Source: Camelus dromedarius (taxonomy: Eukaryota). From it: a stretch of DNA of 64,000 nt. The stretch lies in NCBI RefSeq assembly GCF_036321535.1, contig NC_087472.1, positions 98,954,001 to 99,018,000 of the forward strand. The letters run 5' to 3'. The notes beneath the pieces were generated by a model. That model was given only the letters and a program-made list of their open reading frames with translations. It searched no databases and was not told where the DNA came from. Each line of letters begins with the position of its first letter. Position 1 is the stretch's first letter. The position numbers and the translations under genes were made by a program. Of this stretch, positions 1 to 12,297 are shown piece by piece.

Positions 1-681
1 AATTAAAAGACTAGCTCACCACTCTTTTGTCTCACCTAAGAAAGGGAGGTAAAATCTAGAAAGAAAAGAGCAGGACTAAAAAGCAGAAACTGGACTGTAA
101 TTTCTAGAACTGCCCTTAATTTTGTTAATAATGGATTAGCCTTTCTTATGTAATTTCTCCATGTATGGTAGCTCCACAATTATATTAGATGGCAGCCAGA
201 AATACAAAGACCTGTTTTGCATGTTTCTTACAGGTGAGAGCTATCCACTCAGCTAATGATTTTCACCAAGATCTTTCTTTAGTGTTAGGCTGTTTTTCTT
301 CAGACAACTTCTCAGAGGGCTGTTTAGCTCATTTTTTTTTCTCTTGTTTCTGCAAACTGGGCTTTTTGGGGATGAACCACTGTTGAGTTGCCTCTTTTTT
401 TTTGGCTCTAAAGCTTCCTTTGGCTTCATTTCCACACAGTATCATCATTTAATCAGAATAGACAGAACTGACAGATTTTACTTTGGAGAAAATATAATAA
501 CATACAGAGAGGGCTACCAGTAATTCTTTAAAAATATCTTCTAGCAGCTTAAAATGATTATTTGTCCACATGGCAAAGTCTCTACTTTTTCTCAGATGCT
601 CCCTTCTGCATCTTCACTGGATGTTACCTTTAATAGATTGGCAGTAATGAATTCCCAGTTTCTGCAACTTAATTTCCTTCT

Positions 682-727
682 TTTTTTTTACTTTTATTTA
701 TTCTTTTTTTATTGAAGTATAGTCAGT
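682..727 (-). mobile_element. Extremely 5'-truncated L1 insertion (~17 nt of 3'UTR plus poly-A)
   Basis: T-rich tail plus attgaagtatagtcagt (same as the L1 3' end at ~30694-30710), flanked by TSD acttaatttccttct 667-681 / actcaatttccttct 728-742. Confidence 0.75.
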
Positions 728-1217
728 ACTCAATTTCCTTCTGATATATTTAACTCTTAAAGTCAGATTTTCAATGCTCTCAACACATGAGGATAGTGAT
801 CTCACCACCATCACTTTAAAACCTCTAAATCCTTGATGGGGATAAAGAGATGAATAGGGAGATAAAGAAACTGGTTAGTAAATAAAGATGTACCAATTAT
901 TGTAATAAACTTGAGAGCTCAGTTAAATGAAGAATTTGTGAAAATACTACAGTTTGATGGCTCATTGGTTTTCATAAGATTTTATATTATACATAGATTT
1001 ATAGAGAACTCACTAAGTTAACTAAAAGTTCCGTGATTGGCCATTGAAGGCTGTATATATTTTCACAAGAGAGAAGGGAAAACAACTTTCTGCAAGGTGT
1101 TGGGAGAGTAAATTAAGCAGAGTCGTGAGCATTTATTTATTCTATTGAGCATCTACTAGATATCACTGACATTGTGTTAGGCAATTGGGGCAGCTCTGCA
1201 AGATAGACATGACCCTC

Positions 1218-4016
1218 TGTTCCATTTACTCTTGCTGAGTAACAAATCACTCAAAATTTAGCAGCTTAAGGCAACCATTTTATTATACCCATGGATTCTA
1301 TGGATCACGACCTCTGACAGGAGTACAGAAGGGGTAGCTTGTCTTTGCTTCATGATGTCTGGAAGCTCAGCTGGGAAGTCTCAGTGGCTGGAGGCAAAAT
1401 GATGGCTGAATATTAGAATTATCAGTATGTGTGGCATCTGGCTGGAATGATATGAAGACTAAAACTGCCACCTGGAACACCTGTATGTGATATTTCCATG
1501 TGGCTTGGCTTCTTCACAGCACAGGAGCATCAGAGTAGTTGGACTTCTTGCATGGTGCTCTAAGGTTCAAAGTGCATGTGTTCCAGTGAACAAGGAGGTA
1601 GTTGAATTGCCTTTTATGACTTAGCCTCAGAAATCACACACTGTCACTTTTTTTTTTAACATTTTTTATTGATTTATGATAATTTTACAATGTTGTGTCA
1701 AATTCCAGTGTAGAGCACAATTCTTCAGTTATACATGAACATATACATATATTCATTGTCACATTTTTTTCTCTGTGAGCTACCATAAGATCTTGTATAT
1801 ATTTCCCTGTGCTTTACAGTATAATCTTGTTTATCTATTCTACAATTTTGAAATCCCGTCTATCCCTTCCCACCCTCCACCCCCTTGGCAACCACAAGTT
1901 TGTATTCTATGTCTATGAGTCTATTTCTGTTTTGTATTTATGCTTTGTTTTTTTGTTTTTGTTTTTGTTTTTTAGATTCCACATATGAGCGATATCATGG
2001 TATTTTTCTTTCTCTTTCTGGCTTACTTCACTTAGAATGACATTCTCCAGGGACATCCACGTTGCTGCAGATGGCATTATGTTGTCAGTTTTTATGGCTG
2101 AATAGTATTCCATTGTATAAATACACCACATCTTCTTTATCCAGTCATCCATTGAAGGACATTTAGGCTGTTTCCATGTCTTGGCTATTGTAAATAGTGC
2201 TGCTATGAACATTGGGGTGCAGGTGTCATCCTGAAGTAGGGTTCCTTCTGGATATAAGCCCAGGAGTGGGATTCCTGGGTCATATGGTAAGTCTATTCCT
2301 AGTCCTTTGAGGAATCTCCATACTGTTTTCCACAGTGGCTGCACCAACCTGTGTTCCCACCCGCAGTGTAGGAGGGTTCCCTTTCCTCCACAGCCTCTCC
2401 AGCATTTGTCATTTGTGGACTTTTGAATGATGGCCATTCTGACTGGTGTGAGGTGATACCTCATTGTAGTTTTGAATTTGCATTTCTCTGATAATTAGTG
2501 ATATTGAGCATTTTTTCATGTGCTTATTGATCATTTGTATGTCTTCCTTGGAGAATTGCTTGTTTATGTCTTTTGCCCATCTTTGGATTGGGTTGTTTTA
2601 TTTTTTTCTTATTGAGTCGTATGAGCTGCTTATATATTCTGGAGATCAAGCCTTTGTCGGTTTCATTTGAAAAAATTTTCTCCCATTCCATAGGTTGTCT
2701 TTTTGTTTTACTTATGGTTTCCTTTGCTGTGCTGAAGCTTGTAAGTTTAATTAGTCCCATTTGTTTATTCTTGCTTTTATTTCTTCTAGGAGAAAATTTT
2801 TGAGGTGTATGTCAGATAATGTTTTGCCTATGTTTTCCTCTAGGAGGTTTATTGTATCTTGTCTTATGTTTAAGTCTTTAATCCATTTTGAGTTGATTTT
2901 TGTATATGGTGTTAGGGAGTGTTCTAGCTTCATTGTTTTACATGCTGCTGTCCAGTTTTCCCAACACCATTTGCTGAAGAGACTGTCTTTATTCCAATGT
3001 ATATTCTTGCCTCCTTTGTCAAAGATGAGTTGACCAAAAGTTTGTGGGTTCATTTCGGGGCTCTCTATTCTGTTCCATTGGTTTATATGTCTGTTTTTGT
3101 ACCAATACCATGCTGTCTTGCTGACTGTAGCTCTATAGTATTGTCTGAAGTCTGGGAGAGTTGTTTCTCCAGCCTCTTTCTTTCTCTTCAGGAATGCTTT
3201 GGCAATTCTAAGTCTTTGATGGTTCCATATAAATTTTATTATGATTTGTTCTAGTTCTGTGAAATATGTCCTAGGTAATTTGATAGGGATTGCATTAAAT
3301 CTGTAGATTGCCTTGGGCAGTGTGACCATTTTAACAATATTGATTCCTCTAATCCAAGAGCATGGGATATCTTTCCATTTTTTAAAGTCTTCTTTAATTT
3401 CCTTCATTAATGGTTTATAGTTTTCTGTGTATAATTCTTTCATCTCCTTGGTTAGATTTATTCCTAGGTATTTTATTACTTTGGGTGCTATTTTAAAGGG
3501 GATTGTTTCTTTACTTTCTTTTTCTGTTGATTCATTGTTAGTGTAAAGAAATGCAACTGATTTTTGAACATTAATCTTGTAGCCTGCTACCTTGCTGAAT
3601 TCTTCGATCAGCTCTAGTAGTTTTTGTGCGGACTTTTTAGGGTTTTCTATATATAGTAACATGTCATCGGCATATAGTGACACTTTCACCTCTTCTTTTC
3701 CAATTTGGATCCCTTTTATTTCTCTCTCTTGCCTGATTGCTGTGGCTAGGACTTCCAAGACTATGTTGAATAGGAGTGGTGATAGTGGGCATCCTTGTCT
3801 TGTCCCAGTTTTTAGTGTGAAGCTTTTGAGTTTTTCACACACTGTCACTTTTGATGTACTCTGTTGGCCAAAGCAGTCATAGGCCAGCCCCAATTCAAAG
3901 GGAGAGGAATTAAACTCCGCCTCTTGATGGGGAAGTCACAAGGTCACATTGTAGAAAACCACGTTGAATAGGAGATACTATTGCAACCATCTTTTGAAAT
4001 ATAATCTACTCTACCA
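1218..4016 (-). mobile_element. MaLR (MLT1-like) solo LTR, split by an L1 insertion
   Basis: TGT..CA ends; MLT1-type motifs (taacaaatcactcaaaatttagcagcttaaggcaac, ttttatgacttagcctcagaa); sequence resumes after the L1 TSD at 3835. Confidence 0.7.
1652..3834 (-). mobile_element. Young 5'-truncated LINE-1 (ORF2 RT C-terminal part, C-terminal domain, 3'UTR)
   Basis: ORFs 2751-3893 ([17 protein letters not shown]) and 1913-2464 (CWRGCG..HC); poly-T tail; TSD tcacacactgtcactttt 1634-1651 / 3835-3852. Confidence 0.97.
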
Positions 4017-4129
4017 TAGACTCTTTCTCACAGATTTAGAACTACTGGAGAATTCATTTATTAGTAAAATAATCACACAAATGAGTGGACTGAATGTGAA
4101 GAAGAAAGGGAATATAGTTATAAAAGTAA

Positions 4130-5200
4130 AAATAACAAGAATCTGACCAAAAATAAGGATCGTGCAAAGTTTCCCTGAGGAACAAACCATTGAGCAACCA
4201 TCTAAATGATGAGTAGAAATAAACCAGGTAAGGTGTTTGGAGATAGAATGGAGCAGAAAGAGCATTTCAAATGAAGATAACAGTATATACAAAGATTCTG
4301 TGGCAGAAGAGACTGTGGCTTGTAGAAGGACCTGAAAGGAAGTCTCGAGTAGCTGAAGCATAAAGAAGAGAATATGACATGAGATGGGGCTAGAGAAAGA
4401 GGTAGGAAAAAAAACAGATATATAGGGCTTTGAAGACCATGTAAAAGTGTTTGGTCTTTATCCTAAGGTTAATGGTGACCTACTGAAAGATTTTAATAAA
4501 GCAAATATCAAGCTCACAGCGAAAATAAATGTGACAATGAATATATGTATGTTCATGTATAACTGAAAAATTGTGCTCTACACTGGAATTTGACACAACA
4601 TTGTAAAATGACTATAACTCAATAATAAATGTTAAAAAATTTTTTAAAAAATAAAAGTAAAGGAGATCAAATGTTAAAAAAAAGCGAGTATCAAGGTCAG
4701 ATAAAGCTTTTAGGAAGATCAATCTGATTTCAATATGGAGAATGGATTGAAAGGGGGCAATAGTTTAGAAAAGAAGCAGAGAGACCAATTCGAAAACTTT
4801 TGCCATGATCCAGGCAAGAGATGACAGCAGTTTGGACTAGGTTGGTTGCAGGATAAATGGAGAGAAGTGAAAGCATTCACATAATATTAAAAAGTGTATG
4901 AGAGTGTGGGTGAATTGAAGTAAGGAAATGGAAGATGTCTAGGGAAACACCTAGTTTTGAGAACTACACAACTGGAAGGATACTGATGCCACTCACTGAG
5001 ATAAGGAGCATAGCAAGAAGCCATTTCATTGTGAAAGATCAAGAATCTGGTCTTGGGCATGTTGAGTTTAAGAGGCTTTGGAACAAAATCCAGTTGGAGA
5101 TGCTGAATAGGCAGCTGGATGCTCAGAGGAGGCATCTAACATGGAGATATAAATTTAGAAGTTTTCCACTTAGAGAGGATTACTGAAGTTATGGGCATGG
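4130..5200 (-). mobile_element. L2 LINE relic
   Basis: Purine-rich L2-type motifs (tggagaatggattg, atgccactcactgagataagg, gggcatgttgagttt); boundaries approximate. Confidence 0.6.
4513..4680 (+). mobile_element. Short young L1 3' end inserted into L2
   Basis: Matches the L1 3'UTR at ~55303-55418; TSD aaagcaaatatcaag 4498-4512 / aaagcgagtatcaag 4681-4695. Confidence 0.85.
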
Positions 5201-6296
5201 AGGACATCAGACTCATAATCTGGTTGAAACATGTATTGGAAACCTGAAATTTTTGACTGCTTGAAACATGAAAGGGAATCTTTCCTTATTCTCTTTTCCT
5301 TTCTTATTCCAAGTGACTCGTTTGGATACATGAACCTCCATAGGCCAGCAAAGCCCAGTTAGAAAGTCTGATCTAGCTCAATCTTTCCATTTCTCAGATG
5401 AACAGATTTAGAGACAGGAGAAGCTGAGATCAAACTTGAGCCTAAGACTCCTGACTGCTATCTTATCCAGTCACTGCTCAGCACACCCAGAGAGTTACTG
5501 AAAGCTTTATATCTTTTGTTATTATCCTGTAGTAGAAAACAAGCTTCTGAAACTTCACAGAAAGAAATAGATATTGTCTGCAGTCTTACTGAAATAATTG
5601 TAGGAAGTATATTTACAAGATCAACCTAGTGAGATAAATCTTTTCTCTTACGTTGACACAGAACCATCGTTGGACCATTAATTTTTAGAGATCTAAGACA
5701 CTAAAAGAAGTCATTTGCTCCCTTGGGAATATCAAGGACTTCCCTTCTCAGTCATTGTATCTGAGACAGCCATGAATATACTTCTGAATGTTTTAATTTC
5801 AATTACATCACAACCAGTATTGTCAATCTGAAACATCAATGACTCCCAAGATTTTTTATTTTAGACAATCCTAATAGTGACTGGATACAGTAGGCTTCCA
5901 TGTTCCTACTTCAATACTGATTTGAAACGTTCTATTAACGAATGATGTTTTACCAAGTGGCTTTGCATTTTTACAATACAGGCCATAGTTGAATTCATGA
6001 CCAAGTTATCTTCAGCCTTAGGATGTATTCTGACAATGTATCAAAGAGTGGGTTGTTTGGGGGGGTCCCCAAAATTTGGTATGAGGATCACTGGTGATCC
6101 ATAACAGTCCTTATAGTCTTATAGTATGAATGTTCTTTAAATTAATGATGACCATGTTTTCATTTTCTTAGAAAATCATTGGTCTCTTTAATTGACAGTC
6201 ATGTGCCAGCCACCACCCCCTACTCCTTACACAAACATAGCAGTCATGAGCAACTGATATTAGGGAAATCTAATATAAATTGCCAATATAAATTGC

Positions 6297-6390
6297 CCTG
6301 GTGACCAGATATCCCAATTTGCCCAGTTTAATTATTAACAGTACCTCTTTCACTCTCACATAAGTGTCCTGGATTGGATGATGCCTAATT
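6297..6390. mobile_element. MER81-like hAT MITE fragment
   Basis: ggtgaccagatatcccaatttgccc...ctttcactctca..gtgtcctggattgga resembles the recalled MER81 consensus. Confidence 0.5.
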
Positions 6391-6814
6391 GTATATCACT
6401 AATCTATTGTAATTAGCTCAGCTCAAAGATTGAGTATATTAGATTTTCATTCTTCACCATTTGAATTGAAAAATGAAATGAGATTCCTATGATTACCAGC
6501 GAAGCCTGAAACTAAAATTTCATGAAGTAGAGAGAAGTGGGAGGGTCATGATAGGCCACGAGTGAGTCAACATTATGAGTAATTCAAATTTATGAATAAG
6601 TATGAGCTCCAAAGTTGAGGAAAGATCTTCAGAATAGAGGGTGAGAAGTTAGTTTGGAGGAGAGAGAAGACTCACAAAGAAAACCAGCAAATGATGGAAC
6701 CTTATAGTGAATACTCATGAGTTCCCAATGCCAAACTCGTTTGCCATGAGACTTGAGTCTCATTCTAGTGCCAGTTCTTGGATTTCTATGAGGTCATTTC
6801 TTTCTTACTGATTA

Positions 6815-7285
6815 CCTTCGTTTAAGTTTCCCTAGAAGCAGACCTTAGGACAAGAATTTCAGTGCAGGTATTTTATTTGGGAAGTGGTCCCAGGCAGCTG
6901 TGGTAGGGAGTGGGGAATTGAGACTGAGAAGGGAAGGAAAACAATACAGGTATGTTTACAAGCATATTACTCCCATAGGCAACTGGGGCTTATTCATGCT
7001 GGGGACCCCTGTAAGACAGCATAAAGGACAACACAGTTGTCTATCCAAGGGGGAACGAAGCAGAGATGTTTATTTACCACACTCAATCATTATTGGTGGA
7101 TGGCTGCTCCCAGGACTGGTAATTCCTTGGCACTTCTGGCATGCTCCTTGCATGGGCTGGGCATACTCCTGTGGCCAGAGGAAACTCTCAGGCAGATAAT
7201 CTCATGTGCTTGAAATAAGACACCATTAATCGGAACACTGAATAACAAAAGAGTATAGATGGGCATCAACAGAACCTGCTACACT
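6815..7285 (-). mobile_element. Old ERVL-class solo LTR
   Basis: aagcagaccttaggacaagaatttcagtgcaggtattttatttgggaagtg motif with a minus-strand AATAAA. Confidence 0.5.
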
Positions 7286-8110
7286 GGTCATGTTTCAGGT
7301 AGTCTGAATGTGTTTCTCTTTATCACTATAGAAATTGCCTACGACAGTCTTCAATCATTTATTTATTTCATTCTTGCATTCCCAAAATGCTAAATGAGCA
7401 GCATCTGTCATACTATTAGATTTTATGAGTTTAATTGGGATAATGGAAATAAGTAGTACAGATCACTTTTGTAGGAGTATTGGATGCTGCAAGAGTGGCC
7501 CCTTAATTTATAGAATATGTGAAAAATACTGATTTATTAGGATAAACCATAGTGATGTTGAAATTTCCTTTAAATGGGTATCCATATTCAATGCTTATTA
7601 ATAAGAGTAATTTTCTTTTTAAAATAAAGAATAGAATTTTTTCTTAAACACTTAGGCAAATCTGTCTACAAATAATAGTAGAAAATGGACTACTTTATAT
7701 TACATTATTGTTTGTAGCTAAAAAAATAATAAGAAAAAATGGAAATTTAGATCTGTAACATGGATAACAGACCCTGATCAATTTAGCTGCAGACCTAACA
7801 TTGGACAGCTAAGTTCTACTCTTTGAGTCAGATGGCAAAAATTTTCCATCATCGAGGCCTGGCCTTATTCAGCCTTTCATTTTTCTTTAGCACACCGTAG
7901 TAGATTTCTTCATCAATAGAATAGGAATACTCTACAACATTTGCTGTTATAGAATCAACTGAACTACAGCATACTTTATTATTAGAAATATTCCACCTAC
8001 CTTCCCACCCTGCTGTCTGCCAACCTGGCTTAGAAGAAATCTTGGCCATAACAAGAGATGGTTAACTCTATTCATGAGCAAATAGAATGACTTATTGGTA
8101 ATGTGCTCTC

Positions 8111-8288
8111 AGTGCTTTGAGAGCCAGTTTTGCACATCTTTCCCCAGCTCTGTGTTCAGTGATATCATGTTAGTAGCATAAAAGTGATCATAGTGGAAGT
8201 ATTTACACAATGGGAATTGGAAAAACACTGAGTCTGGTTTCATTATTTGCTGATGGCTGGTTGTTAAAAATTTACCAGCCTACCACTG
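8111..8288. mobile_element. MER63-like hAT DNA transposon fragment
   Basis: Ends in tttaccagcctaccactg; internally similar to 23590-23752. Confidence 0.6.
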
Positions 8289-8289
8289 A

Positions 8290-9020
8290 TTTTTCTTTTT
8301 GTTTTTTTTCCCCTCTAGCTTTATTGAGATATTATTGACATGTAACCTATGTGTATTTAAGGTATACAATATCATGTTTTGATACATATATATATTGTGA
8401 AATGATTAGCACAAGAAACTTAGTTAACATCTCCATCATCTTACATAATTACCATGTTGTAGTGATTACATTTAAGAATTACTGTATTAACAACATTTAA
8501 GTGAATAATACAGTATTGTTAATTGTAGTCACCATAGTGTACATTAGATTCCCAGAACTTATTCATCTCATACTTGGAAGTTTGTATAATTTGACAAACA
8601 TCTCCCAGCCCCAGAAACTACCATTCTCCTCTGTTTTTAGGAGTTTTGTTTTTTTAGATTTCACAAATAAGTGAGCATATATAGTATTTATTTTTTTCTA
8701 TCTCATTTATTTCGCTTAGCGTAATGGCCTCTAGGTCCATACATATTGTTCCAAAAGACAGGATTTCCTTCTTTCTTATGGTTGGATGATATTCCATTGT
8801 GCATATGCTTATGTGTGTGTGTGTGTGTGTGTGTGTGTATAAAACCACATTTTCTTTATCTATTCATCCATCAGTGGAAACTTAGGTTGTTTCCACGTCT
8901 TGGCTATTCTGAATAATGCTGCAAGTAACACAGGGGTGCAGATACTTCTTCGAGATAGTGATTTCATTTCCCTTGAACACTTACTCAGGAGTGGAATTGC
9001 AGGATAATATGGTAGTTCTA
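8290..9020 (-). mobile_element. Older L1 (L1MA-like) 3' end containing a (GT)n microsatellite at ~8812-8838
   Basis: Poly-T tail; L1 3'UTR motifs; ORF 8654-8848 resembles the ORF2 C-terminus (TMEYH..ITLSEI). Confidence 0.8.
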
Positions 9021-10651
9021 TTTTTTTTCAGTTTTATTGAGGTATAATTGACATACAGCACTGTATAAGTTTAAGGTTTACAGCATAATGGTTTGACTTG
9101 CATGTATTGTGAAATGATTACCACAATAAATGCAGTTAACATTCACCATTTCATATAGATATCAAAAAGAAAAAAGAAAAAATGATTTTCCTTGTGATGA
9201 TAACTCTTGGGATTTACTCTCCCAGCAACTTTCAAATATAACATACAGCAGTGTTAACTATAGTCATCATATTGTGCATTATATCCCTAGTACTTATTTT
9301 ACTACTGGAAGTTTATACCTTTTGACCACCTTCATCCACCTCCCTCTACCTTCTGCCTCTGGTAACTCTACCTTCTACCTCCCTCTACCTTCTGCCTCTG
9401 GTAACTCCAAATCTGATCTTTTTTAAAATGAGTTAAATTTTTTTTTAATTTTTTAGATTCCATGTTTAACTAAGGTCATAGAGTATTTGTATTTCTCCAT
9501 CTCCATCTGACTTATTTCACTTAGTGTAATGCCCTCAGGGTACATCCGTGTTATTGCAAATGGCAGGGTTTCTTTCTTTTTTATGGCCAAATAGTATTCC
9601 ATTCATCCATCATTGGGCATTTAATTTGTTTCCATGTCTTGGCTACTATAGATAATGCTGTCATGCACATGTGAGTGCAGATATCTTTTCAACATAGTGT
9701 TTTCAATTCCTTCAGATATATTCCCAGAAGTGGAATTGCTGGATCATACAGTAGTTCTGTTTTTAATTTTTTTGAGGAACCTCCACACTGTTTTCCATGG
9801 TGGCTGTACCAGTTACATTCCTGCCAAGAAGTACATAAGTGTTCCCTTTTCTCCTCTTCCTTGCCAGTGCTTCTTATCTGTTGACTTTTCGGTAATAACC
9901 ATCTAATGGATGTAAGGTGATATCTCATTGTGGTTTTGATTTGCATTTCCCTGTTGATCAGTGATGTTGAACACCTTTTCATGTACCTGTGGGCCCATTT
10001 GTATGTCTTCTCTGGAAAAATATCTACTGAAGTCCTCTTCCCATTTTTTAATCAGATTATTTGTTTTTTTGCAATTGAGTTGTATGAGTTCCTTGTATAT
10101 TTTAGATATTAACCCCTTATTAGACAGATGGTTTACAAATATTTTCCCCCATTCCATAGGTTGCCTTATCATTTTGTTGATTGTTTCTTTTGCTGTGTAG
10201 AAGTGTTTTATTTTGATATAATCCCACTTGTTGATTTTTGCTTTTGTTGCTTATACTTTTGGTGTCATGTAGAAAATATTGTTACCAAGACCAATGTCAA
10301 GGAGCTTTTCCCCTATGCTTTCTTGTAGTATTTTTACAGTTTCAAGCCTTACATTTAACACTTTAATTCATTTCAAGTTAATTTTTGTGAGTGGTATAAG
10401 ATAGTACCTGGGGTGGGAAGGAATAAATTGAGAGTTTGAGATTTGCAGATACTAACTGCTTATATATAAAATAGATAAACAAGTTTCTACTATACAGCAC
10501 ATGGAAACTATATTCAATATCTTGTAGTAACCTATAATGAAAAACAATATGAAGAGGAATATGTGTATATATATATATGACTGAAACATACTGTAGACCA
10601 GAAATTGACACAACATTGCAAACTGACTATGCTTCAATAGTAGTAGTAGTA

Positions 10652-10693
<42 letters not shown>

Positions 10694-12297
10694 GTAAAAG
10701 ATAGGGGTCAAGTCATTGTATTCTTCAACTCTAAGATTTCTGTTTGGTTTGTTTTAAGATTTCTTTGTTGAAGTTCTCATTTTGTTCATGCATTGCTTTT
10801 CTAATTTTATTTAGTTGTCTATTTGTGTTTTTGTAATTTACTGAATTTAAGAGGATAATTCTAAATTCTTTGTCAGATACTTCATAGATCTCCAGTTTTT
10901 TAGGATTAGTCATTGGAGTTTATTAGTTTCCTTTGGTGGTGTCATGTTTCCTTGATTATTCATGATCACTGTGGCCTTGTGTTGGTGTCTGCACATTTGA
11001 AAAAAGTAGTTACCTCTTCCAGTCTTTGTAGACTGGCTTCAGCAGGCAAAGCCTTTTACCGGTCAGCCCATCCAGAGATTCTGCCATAGAAGCTGCCTGG
11101 GTGTGCTGGACCTGGGTGAGTCAAGGGCCTACATTCTTAGGAGTTCAGTCTGGTGGTATCCATGGGTAGACTTGCTGCTGGAGTCCTTGGGTGGGCAGAT
11201 CTAGTGCCTGGATCAGCAGGTGGGCAGACTTGGCACTTGGGCACATAGAGACCATCTTGGTGCCTGGGTCAGTAGGTAAGGGGTCTGGAGCTGGGTTCAC
11301 CGTGGTGGGCCTGACACTTGAGTCTGTCGTGAATGAGCCTGGGACCTGGGTCTATGTGGGCAAACCTGGGTTCTAGGTCCACAGGGACCAATCAGTCACT
11401 GAGGACCACTGAGACAGGCCCAGAGTCTTGGTTCCTGGGATCAATCTGGTACTGAAATGGTCTGGGAGCCTGGTTTCACAGTAGATGGCCTGAAGGCTGG
11501 GACCACAGGGCCCCACTTGGAAATCTGGGTCCACGGGAGATAGTCTGGACTCTAGGTCTTCGGGGGCCAGCCTGGTGCTGGGGTTGGATGAAAACCAGGG
11601 TCTATAGGAGTCAGCCTGAGGCTGAACCCAGCTGGGAGACAGGGTTTGTGGGTTTTCACTTGAAGCCTTGATTCATGGAGTCTGATTGGGGGTCTGGGGC
11701 CAAAGTAGCCAGTCAGGGCCTTGGGAGCCAGATGGTACTAGGCTGTGCCGAGTCTAGGTTCATGGGAGCTCTCTAGAAGCCTGATGCCCAGGAGATGACT
11801 GGTGCTAGGATAGACTGAGGGCCTGGGTTTGTGGGAGCCCTCTGGGAGCCTGATACCATAGAAGCTGCCTGGGTGTGCTGGAGCCAGCAGGCACCTGGGT
11901 GAGTCAAGGGCCTAAGTTCCTAGGAGTTCACAGGGAGCCACCTAGCATCACAGGAATTGGCCTATTGCTGGGGTGGGCTGGTGCTGGGGTCTGTGGTGAA
12001 GTTGGACACTCACTTCACTCTCCTTCTCTGACAGAGAGTGTAGTCTCTTTGTGTGCTGGGCTGCCTGGGCTTGGGGGAGGGGTAATAGAGTAATGTGATT
12101 ATATATCTCCCTTCCTCTTCAATGTGTCTTTTCTTAACTTCTAGCTTCACCAAGTGCTGTAAACCCGTATCCGGAACCTTTAGCTCTTGTGAAGGTACTT
12201 TCCTATGCAGATGTTTTTCAAATTCTTACTTCTGGAAGGGGATATGCACTAGAAATTCCTATACTACCATTTTAGTGATGTCACTGCCTGTCTCAGT
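9021..12297 (-). mobile_element. Older L1 with 3'UTR, ORF2 3' part, ORF1 N-terminus and 5'UTR; large internal deletion at ~10712
   Basis: ORF2-like ORFs 9689-10172; ORF1-like ORF 10731-10913 (EIYEVSDKEFRIILL..HEQNENFNKEI); GC-richer 5'UTR 10960-12297 ending in an L1 start-like motif (rc gtgacatcactaaaatggtagtatagg). Confidence 0.8.
10405..10697 (+). mobile_element. L1 3' end fragment with a (TAG)n(TAA)n tail, nested antisense in the older L1
   Basis: 3'UTR ending actgactatgcttcaata; triplet tail ~10638-10695; TSD aagatag 10398-10404 / 10698-10704. Confidence 0.85.

Noticed and set aside
253..435. Lys-rich 60-aa minus-strand ORF as a gene or pseudogene
   Set aside because: Non-ATG start, no recognisable family, and the lysines come from T-runs
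2573..3882. Hydrophobic plus-strand ORFs (also 17215-17685, 32572-33024, 35278-35886) as membrane proteins
   Set aside because: They are the antisense frames of A-rich L1 ORF2 and recur in every copy
7849..8049. 66-aa minus-strand ATG ORF as a coding exon
   Set aside because: No recognisable homology or convincing splice context
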